Positions 34,566-35,710 of a stretch of DNA of 35,710 bases are shown here, in pieces. The first letter of the stretch is position 1, and every line of letters starts with the position of its first letter. Source of the stretch: Octopus bimaculoides (Eukaryota). The position numbers and the translations under genes are program-made. The stretch is from positions 16,221,364 through 16,257,073 of the forward strand of contig NC_069000.1 of assembly GCF_001194135.2 (NCBI RefSeq), in the 5' to 3' direction. The notes under the pieces were generated by a model that did not search any database, had not been told where the DNA came from, and was given only the letters and a program-made list of their open reading frames with translations.

Positions 34566-34889
34566 TTTTTGAGATTGTGCATATGTCACCTCCTGATATT
34601 ATTGATTATGGATACACTTCTACATTAGTAATAATATGTCGGTATAATGTGAAACATTTTGATGAGTTTCTTCTCATGCAAAACGACAACCATGCCGTTC
34701 TCAGACTTAAATATTACTCGCATGAAAATTACTTTTATAAAGATATCCAGCGGGATGGTTTCGACTGCACTCCAATTAAAGGTTATAAAGGGCAGATTAC
34801 CTGTTGGAAATTTAATCCCACATGCAAGGATGCGGCAAACTATACATGTAGGTCGGCTACCGAAACTTCAAAACCGAAGACTTTAAAAG
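34566..34889 (+). CDS. Gene 3 Ig-like domain 1 exon (rest of gene outside the window)
   Basis: TACAG|TT acceptor and G|GTCAGT donor; 324 nt. IICRY, GFDCT, ITCWKFNPTCKDAANYTC. Confidence 0.92.
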
Positions 34890-35413
34890 GTCAGTTTTAC
34901 CACTCTTTTCTTTTTTTTCGCTTGTTCATCTCAGTTGTCATTAATTTTATTTCTGTTGCGTGTTTCTACTGCACTATTGAACACAGATTTATAGCCTTTG
35001 ATATGTGCAATATTTCCTTTTGGTTTTGAATTTTCTGTTGTAATGAACGTACTCTACGCACTGTGTATAGAAATGGTTTGTGCAATTTTTTTGTAGGGTG
35101 AGATAGACTTAAGGATAGTTGATGCAATAAGAAAAGAAATATTAACTAAAATTAATGATATAAATAACTCTTTACATAAACAGTCACATTCAATCAATTC
35201 AGTACCAGTGATTCTTATAGAAATTATTCTCAACACTAAGGCTGTAATTTCAATTAACACAAGCATAATAACACATATTTATCTCATAAATTTTCATGCA
35301 GCAGCCTTCCAATGTTTATTTATTTAAAGACCTTTCTCTGGCCCTACGTAGCTACCGGTCGGTTTGAGCTAGGAAAGAACTGTTGCCATAGCCCCTGCAG
35401 CATTTTGCACTTT

Positions 35414-35458
<45 letters not shown>

Positions 35459-35710
35459 GTTTAACGTCCGCTTTCCATGTTAGCATGGGTTGGACGATTT
35501 GACTGAGGACTGGTGAAACCGGATGGCAACACCAGGCTCCAATCTAAATTTGGCAGAGTTTCTACAGCTGGATACCCTTCCTAACGCCAACCATTCAGAG
35601 AGTGTAGTGGGTGCTTTTACGTGTCACCCGCACGAAAACGGCCACGCTCGAAATGGTGTCTTTTATGTGCCACCCGCACAAGAGCCAGTCCAGGGGCACT
35701 GGCAACGATC
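35414..35710 (-). mobile_element. 3' end of a retroposon with an (ATG)n tail
   Basis: (TCA)n run followed by cgtttaacgtccgctttccatg..ggttggacg; resembles a common octopus repeat 3' end as I recall it. Confidence 0.65.

Noticed and set aside
33775-34589. Long poly-Arg/Lys/Glu or poly-Ser/Phe ORFs
   Set aside because: These are translations of the (CTT)n tract. The same applies to the HT/YI/CV-repeat and X-filled ORFs elsewhere.

Overview
This is AT-rich eukaryotic genomic DNA with many microsatellites and N gaps. Its SINE and LINE content resembles octopus (cephalopod) repeats; that taxon call is an inference from remembered repeat families. It is not prokaryotic and has no CRISPR array. The main content, which the ORF track misses because it is spliced, is a head-to-tail array of three paralogous + strand genes. 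Each is built from phase-1 exons: a 16-aa signal peptide, a 324-nt atypical Ig-like domain with 5 Cys, a second Ig-like domain with 3 Cys, one or two 39-nt stalk micro-exons, and a terminal exon encoding a GPI-signal-like hydrophobic tail. Gene 1 (6435-16909, about 278 aa) and gene 2 (19583-27198) are complete. Gene 3 starts at 32097 and runs off the window after Ig1. The Ig1 paralogs are only about 50% identical, with variation concentrated in the N-terminal half, and two micro-exons have diverged faster than their flanking intron. This suggests a diversifying family of cell-surface recognition proteins. Also present: an exact 181-bp copy of a splice acceptor that could give a soluble isoform; a candidate minimal hammerhead ribozyme in a Penelope-like intronic insertion; a mariner derivative made of two inverted 5' ends; a 21-bp minisatellite; and decayed hAT, Chapaev-like, RTE, R4-like, Hero-like and Tx1-like elements, SINEs and a MITE.
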